Source: Octopus vulgaris
Lineage: Eukaryota
Assembly (NCBI GenBank): GCA_951406725.2
Contig: OX597832.1
Location: 67,704,001 to 67,768,000, forward strand
Direction of reading: 5' to 3'
Length of the DNA: 64,000 nucleotides
Part shown: positions 40,335 to 55,355 of the stretch, one piece after another
How positions within the stretch are numbered: position 1 is the first letter of the stretch
How the letters are laid out: every line of letters begins with the position of its first letter
Notes under the pieces: model-generated
Told to the model about the DNA's origin: nothing
Database searches by the model: none
What the model saw: the letters and a program-made list of their open reading frames with translations, nothing else
Made by a program: the position numbers and the translations under genes

Positions 40335-40546
40335 TTATTTATATATTTATACATACATACACACAGATAGATAGATAGATAGATAAATAAATAAATAGAC
40401 AGATAGATAGGTAGATGTATATACACATTCATAAATATACATGCATAAATATAAATACATATATATATATATATAGACATACACATATAATATGTGTATG
40501 TATATATATATATATATACACACATATACATGTATGTATCAATGTG

Positions 40547-40629
<83 letters not shown>

Positions 40630-40765
40630 TACGCACAAACAAACATATTCAGTATATATGCGCAGAGAAATGCAAAGAATGAGGAATGTACGCGTGTATA
40701 AATATACATGAATGCGTAGATTTGTATACGTACAGCTATGCATTGTATATATATATATGAGTATT

Positions 40766-40817
<52 letters not shown>

Positions 40818-41357
40818 GAAATATATATATATGTGTGTGTGTACGTGTGTGTATGCGTGTTTGTACGAATGTATGTGTGTATATGTGCATACATATCGGC
40901 AAATATATTCGTACAAGCATAGCCATTGTGAAAAACACATTGTGCCAATTCCACTGATTCTTTTGAACAGATATATGATGCAAGTAAATCAATAAGCCAA
41001 CAAAATAAAAAAGAAAAAATATTAAATTAAAATAAAAGCTAAAAACATCAATATAATACATCGAGAAAAGTAAGACATTTTCGTATATTGCAAAGAGTCT
41101 AAAGAATTTCTCAAACATGATAAATGGATTGAAGGCATGACAACTTCTGTTTTGTTCAATGGTCTTGTGCTTCTCTTTTGATGCTGAGTGTGTGTAAATT
41201 CTTAAGCTTCTTTAGCATCCAATGGTGTTTTTATGCTTCACTATTCGCCTTCTTTCGCCTAAATTCACAGCATTACTTTAAAACTCCGCATCCAATGTAT
41301 CTTTGAGTTTTCAGAATTCTAAGATTTCTAATTTATACATCAATACAGACACATACA

Positions 41358-41489
<132 letters not shown>

Positions 41490-41551
41490 CACACATACAT
41501 ACACATATATATACATATATATATATACATGCATATATATGTACATATATG

Positions 41552-41585
<34 letters not shown>

Positions 41586-41913
41586 CCCCCCACACACACA
41601 TACACATATATGCAATTATGCACATGTATGCGTTTATAATGAAATGTGTTTTCTTCACTTATAACACTAGACGTTTCTTTGTAAGTAGTTGACTTGTACT
41701 GAATCACACATGCGCAAACAGAAAGAAAGATAATAGTGGAGCTCAAGTAAAAATGTGTATAGAGATTTCTTACCCGACCCAACAGTTAAGAATTAGAATG
41801 TTAATACCACTTCGTTGATATAATCACTTGACTAGATTAAAAGATATCTTGAAACGAATGATCGAACGAAGAATGAGTTCGAATACTACTACTACTGATA
41901 ATAATAATGATTG

Positions 41914-41944
<31 letters not shown>

Positions 41945-42088
41945 AATGATGATGATGATGACGAAAATGATGACGACGATGCAGATGATGCAAAATAAAT
42001 ATCTGGCTTCTTTCTCTGACGGAGTGGACGGAAGTGTGGTATGAACACAGATGTTGATCAATAATGTGTCTGAGATCAGAGCATATTT

Positions 42089-42135
<47 letters not shown>

Positions 42136-42149
42136 AAACAAAATAACAA

Positions 42150-43010
42150 GTTCTAAATTCTCTAAACGAGATATAGATGCTAACAATACTAGACGGTAAC
42201 GTCTTTTCGCCACTATAACATTGCCGTTCTATAAAAAAATTGTTATTACATTTTAACCCCAGGAAAACGTCTTTTCCAGTTGATTAACGACACACGAGTT
42301 GTGTCCGATATATTGTGAGTAAGGGAGCGAATCACTACCCTCCGGCTTGGCAAGATCAGCAGACCACAGCTGCTGGGTCTTTGCTCTTCATCGGTACTGG
42401 ATTCTAGCCTGCTAGAGATGGCAGTCACTCATCCGTACTCACAACATATAATCAACAGAGAAGTGGCAGACAGTCGCTGATCTCGTAATGAGCAAAAAAA
42501 CTCGTTTAAAAATCTCTAAACGAGATATTCGTAGTAGGAAGACATATAGGACACAGTTTCTGTGTCGTTGACCAACTGAAAAAGACGTTTTCCTAGTGTT
42601 AAAATGTAGCAGCATTTATTTAAAGAACAGCCATGTTATAGTGGCAAAGAATGTTACCGTCTAATAATGTTACTACTTGTATCTCGTTTAGTGATTTTAG
42701 AACCAGCTACTTTACTCATTACGAGTTGAGCGGCTGTCTGCCGCTTCTCTGTTTACAATATGTGAGTTTGGACAGGTGACTGCTTTCTCTACCCGACTAG
42801 TCTCCCGTACCGATGATGGGTAAAGACCAAGGAACCATAGGCTACTGGTCTTGCCAAGCTTGAGGGGAGCGATTCGCTCCCTTACTCACAATATATGGGT
42901 CACAGTTTATGTGCCGTTAACCAGCTGGAAAAGACGTTTTCCTGTGGTTAAAATGTGACACAGTTCTCTATAGAATAGCCATATTATAGTGGCGGAAACG
43001 GCTACCATCA
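42150..43010. repeat. ~350-bp tandem-repeat family in two opposite orientations
   Basis: tctctaaacgagata recurs at 42159 and 42513 (period 354). The reverse-oriented block 42540-43010 has period ~349. A fragment also lies at ~912-967. Confidence 0.85.
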
Positions 43011-44010
43011 CTGTCACTATCAGTGTGTGTGTATGTATGTGTGTTTGTGTGTATATATGTACGTATGCACGTGTGTATATATACACACAAATACACACAT
43101 ACATATATATATATACAAATTCGGTTGGGAAGGGAACGACCCTATTCACCACCAGTCGATCTTGAGAAATGTGATTCTGGAGAGTTCCATCAAACTGCTG
43201 GAATTTACTGTGATTTGATCATCTACGACGATACACTATTATTATTATTGTTATTTAGACCCATATTTTTCTGTCTTAATCAAGTACCGTGAAAGACATT
43301 CGATCATGACTATTCATATCTTCGTTTCAATCGTAGCATATTTTCTTTTTCTTTAAGTCTGATTTCAAGAAAATTTGATTTCTATCCTTGCAGATTTGCC
43401 GAAAGTATGCAACTTAATATCGCTAACTTTTCTGACGACTCTAATGATGCAAAGTCAGCTCCCATCTGGTAAAAGTGTCATGGAAAGAATCCATATTTGA
43501 CCATCTACTATTATTTTCATATAAAACAGTCACTCGAATGCGAATGTAACCTGCTATCAAATACCATGGTTTCACCAATTGTTTTAGATGCCCAGTATGG
43601 TCGGGAAGAGGAAAACAGACACTCACACACTCTCACTTTAAACCCGAAAGATATACAGAGAAAGACAGACAGAGTGAAGTAGTGAGAAAAATGAGTTCGA
43701 TTTGCACCTAGCAGGTACGAATTCATAGTTGAATTCCTACCATGGTCCGCTTTGCTTTCCATCCGTTTTGGGCTCGAAAAAATATACCAGCCCAACGCGG
43801 TGGATTTGCGGGATTTTCAGACGGACAAATTGATGCCGTTTATGGATATACCTGGATGTGCTCCCGCTGAGTTAAAATCAAAGCCCGTCACCGATAGGCA
43901 TTGACACGTCTGGTAGGAAGTGTGACAGGCTTATAGTATCTGGAAATGTGACCAGTGATAAGAAGTATGTGTGTGTTTGTAAGTATATGTGTATATATGT
44001 ATGTGTATAC

Positions 44011-44047
<37 letters not shown>

Positions 44048-44661
44048 TATATAGAGGGTACTTTTATCCATAGGTACCGCACGCTAGGAGGGACTCTTGC
44101 AGTCAAAACAACTAAAATAAACAAATTGTACCGAATGCAAAACTTCAAAGCAAGTCATTTAAAAACAGAATTTAGTTACATATCACCTGTGATTTCGCAA
44201 TCAATGCAGAATATGCATTCCATGCTCTTCAGTGCAACGAACTCAAGACATGTAAGGAAAAAACACAATACAGCATACCCGACAGCCAACCGTAGAATTC
44301 GTCGTAGCATGTACGAATGTTTATCTTTACATATCTAAGAAAATGGCGGGCTTATTCGCAATGCATTTCGGTAACAATTTGCCTATTCGGAACAAAAATT
44401 CAGTATTGAACTATTCCGGTGAAAAATATAAATTTAAAATTAAGGATAAAATCTTTATAAGAAATTATCAGTAGTTAGCGTGAAAAACCTCGTAAGAGAA
44501 AAAATCTGTAAATTTTTCCACTTTGAAAATATTTTAAATTTGTATATATATATATATATAATTTAAATAATGAGGGAGATAAATTGAATTAATATCAATT
44601 AAAAACCAGTATCCTAGCGTATAAAAAATCTGAAAAATCAGAAAAAATTTCAACACATGTG

Positions 44662-44790
44662 TATATTAAGGGAAACCACTAGGTGGATAACCATCCGCTA
44701 GAAGATCACATACGAATTTTTTTCTTTTTAGTTAGATCGTATGTGATCTTCTAGCGTATGGTTATCCACCTAGTGGTTTCCCTTAATATA
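44662..44790. repeat. 54-bp hairpin inverted repeat
   Basis: 44662-44715 versus 44737-44790, one mismatch. Confidence 0.93.
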
Positions 44791-44828
44791 TATAAACACA
44801 CACACTCACTCACTCACACACATACACA

Positions 44829-44890
<62 letters not shown>

Positions 44891-44896
44891 CATATA

Positions 44897-44936
<40 letters not shown>

Positions 44937-47912
44937 CATATATACAGTCAATGGATGAGTCTGACTGTTTGTAATGGAGTGTAGTATATAGAGGTATATG
45001 ATAACCAAACACTGGTTATATCTAACCTGGCTAAGGGTTACGGTCACAATCCAAGAACCTTAACTCTCAAGACGGTTCTATACTCAGTTTTAGCTAATTA
45101 GAATGGAGTCACACATTTCGGTAACCTAAGGCGTTTGTCAGAAAAGGAAAAGAAAACTTACCCAGGATTATAAGCAGGAAATTCGAACAGATGTAGTTGC
45201 AAATTGAACAATGTTAAATACCATTATTATGGGTAGATATGAAGCCTATTCCTCATACCTACCCATAATAATGTTTTTTTAACTTTGGCACAACGTGCCA
45301 TATTTTCCGATACAATCTCTCCGTTCGTTGGCAGACATTTCAGCTTATCGACTGCGAAGTGGATGAATGATAAAATCAGCTACGGTGACATTTTGGACTC
45401 AGAAACGTAAATATTTATTCAGGTATGTGTGGGGGTGTATACGTATGTGCGTATATACAGATACACACACACACACACACACGCACATTTTTGTATGTAT
45501 ATACATATATAACTGAGGTTGGTTTATATTAAATATACACCGATACCAGAGAGACGTTCCCGAATGTTCCAAAATAGACCAGCTTGTGTTATTCTATATC
45601 AACTACTTGTTATGAATGAACATTTATGCTATAAACTATTTTCTGTCAATATATTTTACCTAATGCTGATTTAATTATTCCTATTGTCAGCAGATCGATC
45701 CAATGCGAATATAACATTTTTTCCCCTTATATTTCGGTTTATTTGTCGATCTTCTGCTGCTGCTGCTGTTGTTTCATAGCTGTTGAATTAAATATAGATT
45801 GGTAGGAAATGGAGCTGTCGTTGGTTTACAAAGAACTGGTCAGACATCAATTTATTAGGATTATATTTATGATTTTATTTTGCAATATTTTTCATGTGAT
45901 TTAGTACAATCTGGTTTAGCAGCATTTCTTGCGACTCCTTGGTTTCTGAGTTCAAACGTCACTGAATTTGTACTTTGCATTTCATCTCTCACTTTCACTA
46001 TAAACACTAAACAGAAGAATGCTGTTTCTGTTTCCAATTAAAGAAGGGCAACGGATTGACATGGTTCAAACCCGAAAACTCTCCTTCAGACACCAGCAGC
46101 AGATCGGCCTAACCTCACAAGTCGGTAAATGTTCAAATAATGTTCGTTAATTAGATGATAATAAAATATAATTAAACATTAAAAATATAAATGACTGAAT
46201 TGCTACCGATTTCAAACACACCTTTATTAAACGGTTGTTAAAAATCTTAAAGAAGGCATAGAATACCATTTTCAATTTCTTTTTCAATGTTTTAATATCC
46301 TGTGTTCGTAGATGCCTCTTCTTGTATATTTCGTATCATTCTTTTTTATATATCTCCTCTTCTTTTCAAATACCTCTTGTTTTTCATGTCTTATAATTAT
46401 AAAAATTATACGTGCGATATTTGCTGAGATGTGAGCGAGCATTGATACTAAGTTGTCACTCATTAATCTTTCCGCCAACCCACAGAATGAAACCATTTAA
46501 AAAAGAGGTGTATGAATGTTTACAAAACCAAATATAAGAAATTCCATGCACAAACTTTACTTTTTCCAGCTTAGTTGGTGGGCCTTGAAATGTAAGACCT
46601 TTTCTTACCCATAAACCCATAAACATAAATTTAACCCGTTAAATATGAAAAATCTACAGAGCTACTTCCGAATGTTCTGTCTTAAGCAATTACACATCAC
46701 AATAAGAGTTACCAATAATTTTGAGAGGTGTTTTATTTCATCTTGACGGAAATGGTAATTTTGTCGCGGAATGATTTCAATATTTAACCTGAAGAGTTTG
46801 AAGAAAAAAGCAGCAAAGCATTTTCTCTTCCACCATTAGCTTTAGGATATCGCCCTCTCTCCACATTATGGTGAATACATATAACAAAGTGAGACACAGA
46901 GTGTGTGAGTGCGAGGGGTTATCTGCTGAGCCCTGCTACTTTATTTCATCGCCGCCGAATGTAAGAAAGGATAACAATTCTGGGATTTGATCTAAGAACC
47001 TAAACTGGAAATATAATTAACTCAAACATAGAATGGCACGGATTTGGGGAGTAAAATTTGATTAGATTGAGTTCAATACTTCACAAGTGATTTATTTCAT
47101 CGAAACCAAATTATAAAATGCAAAGTCAACCTCGGTGGGTGGAGCATATAATCCCATTTTTTTTGCTTTATATTATATGCAATACCCAAATAAATGGCGG
47201 ATATATTCGCCATTTAGAATATCGTTAATAACCTTACGCAATATTTATTTTAGCAGTAATTTTATATACATATGGCGATATGTGGTTAGCTTTCAAATAC
47301 TCCCTAACTTCTACAGCTTAAAGAAATATTTAGATAGTAGTACTTACTGTCAGTATCTCTTTACGTAAACATCTCATTCTATGTATTCAGCTGCCTATAT
47401 TTACAGATATCATTTTTTGTTATCTTTCCATCAGATGTACACTACATATCATGCTACTTACCTTGTATCATAGAAATACCTTCATACACACACATACTTA
47501 CATACATGCATACACAAATGCAATAAAACACACACACACTTATAGATAGATACGATTGCTTTTTATCAAATAATCACACACAAAGTATATTCGCTTTTTC
47601 CTTCGTTTATCACTGTTCTGATTCTCACTCATGTCCATTGTCCAGAAATCTTTCGTAACACATCTGTAACCACCCTGAGCGACACTTTCCGTCCTCGTGT
47701 GTGGTCTTGTCCTGCTTACACGATTCTGTTATTCATAGAAGAGCAGAACGGACATGAGTTCAAATAAGAACAGTAATAAACAAATGAAGAACAAATAATC
47801 GGTGTGTGTGTTTATCTGGCAAAAGAAAAATCATCATCGCAAATACTACAATATCCGTTTCAACACAGGACTTCACATCAGGAAATTTGCAACTCAAATT
47901 CATATATGTATA

Positions 47913-48007
<95 letters not shown>

Positions 48008-48625
48008 GCTGCTTTCAAACCGTAAAGTCATGTTTCCATGCGCTTGCCAGAACCTCTTCCGTCCCAACCAGAACAAAGGCATTTCGTTTGTTTTTCTCGT
48101 TTGTTTTCTTGTTTATTTTGATGTCTCGTATTGTATTTTTATTTCTTGTTTTGTATTTTCTTGTACATGTATTTTTATCTTGTATTTTATTGTGCAGTTT
48201 TATTGTCACGTCCTGTTTGTGTTACAGTTTTTTCGTGCTTGTTTTACCCCACTGCGAGGTTATTTTATTTTAATTCTCTCGCAGGAAGGCCTAGTATTGA
48301 CGAGTCGTGTCCTGTCTTGCCTTCGGAACACGCTACGTCTACTAGCGACAGCTGATGATTGGGGATTTTCCTTGTGTAGCTTGTCCTGTACCTTGTTTTT
48401 CTGTTGTAAAAATTGTTTTTCCCGTTTTCGCTCTCGTCCTGTTCCACGTCTCTGTCTTTCTGTTGTGAAAAAATGGCTTTTCCGTTTTCGTTTCTGTCGA
48501 GTTCTACGTCTTTTTGTGGTGTCCTGTACTTACGTATATATATATATTTATATATGCATGTATATATACATGTAGATGTAGGTACGTACATATATGTTTG
48601 TATGTATGCATATATTTTATTTATT

Positions 48626-48688
<63 letters not shown>

Positions 48689-48842
48689 AGAGATAATGGC
48701 ATCAGTAAGACCCAAAGGTGTCAAGTAATGCTGAATAAGTGCTATATACAAGACCATAGTTAAGTTCCGGATTCGTTAATATTGCGAATAAAGGGTTCAG
48801 CTTTGGTCCTATGTCAGCGTGTGTATATAAGATTTTTTTGTA

Positions 48843-50486
48843 TAATGAGATAAAAAAAACCAAGGCTGTATAGATATTAGACCATTTATAGATAGAAGGT
48901 ATTACAGCTCTTTCTAGAATATTAATTAATAATAATATCCCTTCATCGGGGACGTTGTGAAAGGAAAAGTTATAGTTTCGATGTGATATAAATAGAGAGT
49001 GAGGTGGAGGAAAGAAAATAGATGTAAGATATGTATGGTTATTGAGTTCATAAATCCGCTTTATAGGCATAATGGTATATATGTGTATTATTCCAATATC
49101 CTTTGAGTAAAATCCATAAGGCCAACAGAGCTTAATATGAGTTCATCAAAATATAAAGTTTATAAGCAATGTAAGATTCTCTTAAAGCTGGTCCTTCCCA
49201 GTAGGGAATTTATATAGAGTGTAGCAGATTCGAGGTTTGTGTTTAAACTGATCTAGAAATAGGGAGTGTATTAGTTTGGTCACATTGAAAATAGTAAGAG
49301 AGGAATGACAAAAAAAAAAAGAGATAAACAGAGGTGAGGAAAGAATTAAAGAGAAAAAGAGCAGATAAGTAAAAACAAAAATAAAGAAAAAACCCTGAAG
49401 GTATGAATAAAGAGAATAAGGTAAAGAAAAATGAAAAATTAAGATATAGGTTGGTCAGTGGTCAGTGAAGGTAGTTTGAAAGTAGGAGTGGGGATAGAGA
49501 GAGAAAGGTATCATAGTATAAATGATAGAGGAATGAGGGTGTTAAGAGGTAAGGAAATACTAAGTGTTGTAGTAGCTTTTAATTGTGAGGCAAATATATG
49601 AAGAATTAAGGAAATATTAGTGTTAATTATTCTGAGAAAATATTTATGTTAAGATGTATATACATGTATATCAGATAAATTATAGTTACAAATACAATCC
49701 TCGTGTATCAACGTTCCTACATGTGCAGTTATCTAAATTTTGCATGTGTATAAATGTTTACATATACCCACATGTATGCATACATGCATACCCTTAGTCG
49801 TATGTATACACGTGTGTATGGGTGTGTACGTGTAAATATGTAAACGAATATAATCAGATGGTTGCATATGTGAGAAACTAGATATGGGTTATAAGTTAGA
49901 GTGTAAATTTATTGGTTAATTGGATTACCTAAGAATTAATGCGGATATGTACCGTATGGTCATTTTGGCACTTGGATTTGTGATAAAATTTAAATTTGTG
50001 ATAAAAGTGGTAGTTGCATGTGCTTAAGGCCTCGTTATGTATATTAAGCAGTGTTGGAGAATTGTGCTTTAATATTTGGAGTGCCTCCTTCAGGCAAAGC
50101 TTGCAGATTAAGCGCTGACCTCGGTAGGGAAGTCCTGAGTCTATTATAGACCATGATAGAGTATAGGGTAGGTTTGCATTTTTGAGATGATGTATGTGGT
50201 TGGCGAGTGTTGTAGATTTACTGTTTATCGTATCTAAAGGAGTGGAGATGAGTGGCATATCGTTGCTTAAAGTTTTTTGTTGAACCTATGTATATGGCTG
50301 TAGAGTTGTGTAATTGGTTAAGGACGGTGCATTTGCAGATTACATTATATCTTCTGCAATGGGTTTGTAGCGGGCAGGTTGTTCCAGGACGGCAATTACA
50401 ATTAGGTGAATTTTGAGGATCGTGTTCGGTAACTGAGGAGGTAGTATCATCAGAAGAGAGGTTATAGAAGGGGGTGAAAATTTCTC

Positions 50487-50535
<49 letters not shown>

Positions 50536-52985
50536 ACCAATATCATTATTGATGTTATCATTAATATCACCGCCATTACTACTATTGTTACTGTTACTTC
50601 TGCTATTTGTCAGGTCATTAGAGATTGTGGTGGTATCTGGGAATTGTTGGTAGAATAGGTTGGGTTGCGGTTATTACCAGGTGTGATAGTATCTATGGTA
50701 GATATGTACGTGTTGATTATTTGTATTAGTATAGTTGTTGCTATGTGAATTTTGATAGTAAAGAGAGCTTTTACTTATTCGAGGCTGCTACAATAGATTC
50801 AAAGTTAGTTGAGTTTGAATAAGGTAGTTTCAGGGTGGATCTATTAAAGATAGAGTGTTATTTATGTTGTCGAGGGAAGTTAGAGTCAAGAATTCTAAAA
50901 AAAGATTTTGCTAGGTTCTTAACGTTAAGTGAGAATGGTGGTGTATACCATAAAATAGAGCAACAGCCACTTTTTTTAGGGGGTCTGGGGATGGAGCTAT
51001 CTAAATTGTTAGATAAATGAGTGTTAGTTAACATATTGTGTAGGTGTGTGATAATCAAGGCCTGTTATTGTTAGTTGTTTTATTTGTTTTAGTATTTGAC
51101 CTATTGTTAAATGAATGTGTGTGGGGTCTATATTGTCTGGATACAATGGCTTCCATGGTCCGATCAGCTGTGTATGTGTTTTGTTGCGGATGTCGTAGTT
51201 GTTGCGTGTTTGAGATGTGATTTGAGATATGTATTGTTTGAGCCTAGTGTTCTGGATATATTCTATTTGTTGGGAGAAGCCGCTAGCAACGAGTGCTTGG
51301 TTATAATATGGTGCGTGATTATTGAAGATTTCTTCAGTGGAAGAGAGGTTAGATATGCGGGTTGAGATTCCGTTGATTATATTATTAAAAGTGGATTTAT
51401 GGTGATTGGAATGGATGTTAAAGTATTTAAGGTACTGGTTAGGTTTGTGGTAAGGGTAGTATTGGGATGTTGACAAGTTTAGGGTTGCGTCCAGAAAGTT
51501 AGCAGTTTTGTAGGCGTTTTCGAATGTGATAGATAGGTTTAGGTTAGAAAAGTATTTATGTAGGTCCTCTCTGGTTCCTTCTAATGAGGATTTATCTATA
51601 CTTTTAGTAATTAATAAAGCGTCGTCCCTCTATAGGCCTCCCTTGATATTAGGGAAGTGCCTATGGAGCTGGTGTAGTATGTAAAGCCCTGAGCTGAATC
51701 TGATGATCCCATCGTTATATCGAATAGGTTGCTACGGTTGATACTATGGTTACTGGCCCGGCACCATAGTTTGCTATCAAAAGAAATAAGGGTATTTCGG
51801 GCGTTAAATATAATATAAATTTCAAGTAGGGTTAGGTTAGTAAAGTTCCTAGCAAGGAGAAGAGCTTGGTTAAATAATTTAGGAGAAATGGAAGAGTAAT
51901 AGTTGTGAATATCAAATTGTAAGAATGAATATGCGTTTTTGTTATTTATAAGATAAAACCATGCAATCACTTCACCAGTGTGGGACCAGAGATTAACGTC
52001 TAATTTTTCTTTGACGATAGGTACTACTCTGTCCAAAATACTTTTGCTTACACCTCCTAGGTCAGATTTTGTGGGACATATTAAACGTATGGAATGTTTT
52101 CTGATAAAGTCCTTCTTGTGATCTTTAGGATTAATGCGTGGTGATGCAGAGCAATATGGTTCCGTTCGGTCGTCGAGTAGCAATTTTCTCATAAGTTTGC
52201 AGTGGTTGTTATTAATGTCATTCAGGGCTGATGTTGGTGCCAGCTTGTACTTAAAAGCTACTACAACACTTAGTATTTCCTTACCTCTTAACACCCTCAT
52301 TCCTCTATCATTTATACTATGATACCTTTCTCTCTCTATCCCCACTCCTACTTTCAAACTACCTTCACTGACCACTGACCAACCTATATCTTAATTTTTC
52401 ATTTTTCTTTACCTTATTCTCTTTATTCATACCTTCAGGGATTTTTCTTTATTTTTGTTTTTACTTATCTGCTCTTTTTCTCTTTAATTCTTTCCTCACC
52501 TCTGTTTATCTCTTTTTTTTGTCATTCCTCTCTTACTATTTTCAATGTGACCAAACTAATACACTCCCTATTTCTAGATCAGTTTAAACACAAACCTCGA
52601 ATCTGCTACACTCTATACAAATTCCCTACTGGGAAGGACCAACTTTAAGAGAATCTTACATTGTTTATAAAATTTACATTTGGATGGACTCATATTAAAC
52701 TCTGTTGGACTTTTGGATTTTACTCAAAGGATATTGGAATAATACACCTATATAACATTATGCCTATAAAACGGATTTATGAACTCAATAACCATACATA
52801 TCTTATACCTATTTTTTTTCCTCCACCTCACTCTCTATTTATATCACATCGAAACTATAACTTTTCCTCTCACAACGTCCCCGATGAAGGGATATTATTA
52901 TTAATTAATATTCTAGAAAGAGCTGTAATACCTTCTATCTATAAATGCTCTAATATCTATACAGCCTTGTTTTTTTATCTCATTA
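48843..52985 (-). mobile_element. 5'-truncated Penelope-like retroelement with ~735-bp inverted pseudo-LTRs
   Basis: 48843-49582 is the near-identical reverse complement of 52251-52985; RT and GIY-YIG remnants lie between them. Confidence 0.92.
49929..52250 (-). pseudogene. PLE reverse transcriptase + GIY-YIG, multiply disrupted
   Basis: IRLICP, FLQFDIHNYYSSI, FDITMGS.D.A, GL*RDDAL (YRDD hit by a stop), NFLDATL, HSNH, WYTPPFS, AIYIGST, CKLCLKEALQI. Confidence 0.9.
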
Positions 52986-53006
52986 CGCCAAATTCATATC
53001 TAAAAA

Positions 53007-53043
<37 letters not shown>

Positions 53044-53078
53044 TTCATTGATCACACTGCGAAGCATTCGCCTCCCGA

Positions 53079-53119
<41 letters not shown>

Positions 53120-53139
53120 CAATATATATATATATATAT

Positions 53140-53772
53140 ATATATATTTCACCTTCCGATCCGTAAAGAATTTGTATTATGTATTGGGCTGCTTACACTA
53201 TTACAATTAAAATCACTATTCCAATTACAAAGAGATATTTTGTCTGGAGAAGGAGATGTAGGTCTAGAATGAGCAGAATCGATGTATGACACTTTCTCTT
53301 TATAGCCAGCTTTTAACAAGACGGCGTTATAGAAGTCTGCCTTTTGGTTAAACTGCCCTAGCGTGATTACTGTAAAGACTAATATACTTAAGATTTGTGA
53401 AAGGTTTATGATATGGGAAGTATGAGTTATTCTGTAAATTGAGGGTAATGTCTAAGAAGTTGGCTTTAGTTAACTCATCGTCAAAAACGATGCGCAAGCT
53501 CATTCTACTAAAAAACCTAACTAATCTATTATTAACCTTCTGTATTTTTTTATTTGAAATGTTTTGGAGGTAAAGTAGACAATCGTCGCGATAAAGACCT
53601 CCGCATCGTAATATTATATTGTCTTGTTGTTGAGAGAGGCGCCCTTTCTTTCCTGATGAGAAGATTGCATCTTACACAGTTTATTCCTTTGGAATAAATC
53701 CATGTTGTCTTCGAAACATATGTCGAAAGTAAAGGAATGTTATTAACATCTTCGTTTAACTCCATTTATTTA

Positions 53773-53775
<3 letters not shown>
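53140..53775. mobile_element. PLE relic: minus-strand RT fragment (~53230-53550) joined to a plus-strand (inverted) pseudo-LTR
   Basis: Minus translation RLVRFFSRMSLRIVFDDELTKANFLDITLNL; the plus-strand part resembles 9540-9680. Confidence 0.7.
53643..53735 (+). ncRNA. Type I hammerhead ribozyme (canonical core)
   Basis: Stem I CUUUC/GAAAG (+CCUUU/AAAGG), CUGAUGA 53653-59, stem II GAAGAU...GUCUUC, GAAA, palindromic ACAUAUGU, cleavage after C53724. Confidence 0.85.
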
Positions 53776-53833
<58 letters not shown>

Positions 53834-54581
53834 TCATAGGTACAGTTACATTACAACCAAGAGAGATGTCGACTCATAGCCATACCAAATTTTATAATAA
53901 TGTCCAAAACTCGGCACATGAAAAACGTTAGTTCTGGAATCGAATAAACTAGATTGTGACTTTTCGTATTTTCTCTAAGTGATATTTTGTCGCGTTCTTT
54001 GATCCGAGAATTTCGTGTACATAATAATATCTGGCTTTCAATTTCGTGTACATAAAGTGCTGGAAGGTACGTCACACATTCTCCACGATACTGGACCCGA
54101 AATATATACTTATGTTACATAACGGCATTGTTAAGCATGAATGCTGCTCTCGAGTTTTACCAGAATTCGTATGAATGTGTAAGATTAACCTCACCAAATC
54201 CTCAGATACATTTACCTGGTGAATATAAGAGAACAGTTTAACAAGTAGTATTTTTATCTGCAATAGGTGGGGTAATTATAGACACTGGAACGATTTTCGA
54301 TCGAAACACCTGGAAAAGCAGAGCAGTAGAGTTGGCTATTACAAGCAAACGTACGCTAAAGCTGATAGTTCTAAATTTCTATTGGTGCAGTCACAGAGGA
54401 CGACTGAGTGATTGGCACCAGAATCCACCATGCAGAAGGTTATGTATGAAACTAGTGGACCAGCACCTATTTGAACCACACTTTGATCTTGAGAATATAA
54501 GGCGAAAGTAGAGCGTACAAGTGGCTGAGGAAAGTACAAATAGAGGTAAGTAGACCCCTCCCGTTCATCGAAATCTTTTTT

Positions 54582-55355
54582 GTCATCATAATGGGATTAG
54601 GAGTGGATTGTATATATGTTCGTGGTCTGGATTCTTCCTGGGGCCAGATTAACTCGCTCATCGAACTCAGTTCACTAGCTATGGATGTGACAGACGTCAA
54701 CGAAATAAAGTTTTCAAACTTATTCGATCTAGCCTCTGTTTTCGAAGACTGTTATATTTACGAATCTCTTAGTCGGCCTGGAATGGGAGGCCTAGTGATG
54801 GTGTTGTTTAAGAAAGATCTGAATCTCGAGGTACGAACGATCTCCCTGGAACCCGATGGTAAATTGGTAGTCCTGTATGAGAGCATAGCGAAAGTGGTTC
54901 TTTGGACAAGTCGCTGCCCACGCTACAGCTGGAGTGGGGTAGCCAGATACCTTCAGGGGTTTTCCTTGGAAGCATCGCTTTTTTGTGACAGTGGACGTTT
55001 GGAAAATGAGGGTGGGGAGGGATGTGCTGTTCCCATTAATTTTGTTGAAATGTGAGTGAATGTGGAGAGGATTTTCTGTGTGAATGGGTCTACTGTGAAC
55101 ATACCCTTGTAAGCCGGAGTAGTTGACAAGGAGGGAAGTGCCCTAAGTGGCTTGCGTGATGAATATGTCTATGATGTCTTGCGTGTCCCTTTGTCTAATT
55201 CCCAGTTAGGGGGAATTTTATTGTTAAATATTTGATGTTAATTTTATTTTAATTTATACATGAATTTTTGTACATAACCACACTTTCCCCCTTGTATTGC
55301 CGCTTGTATTGTGTGCAGCCCTTGTGGCCAATGAAGAAAAATTATTATTATTATT
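54582..55355 (+). mobile_element. Internally deleted Tx1-like LINE relic (APE N-terminus fused to 3' end)
   Basis: CIYVRGL...EPDGKLVVL is homologous to the ORF2 start at 20821; ends cccttgtggccaatgaagaaaa followed by (TTA)n. Confidence 0.7.

Noticed and set aside
51611-52375. 254-aa ORF as an intact gene
   Set aside because: Chimera of antisense pseudo-LTR sequence (first ~42 aa) and a truncated, frameshifted PLE RT.
48702-53272. Apparently duplicated protein MPIKRIYELNNHTYL... on opposite strands
   Set aside because: A by-product of the inverted pseudo-LTRs; no protein motif.
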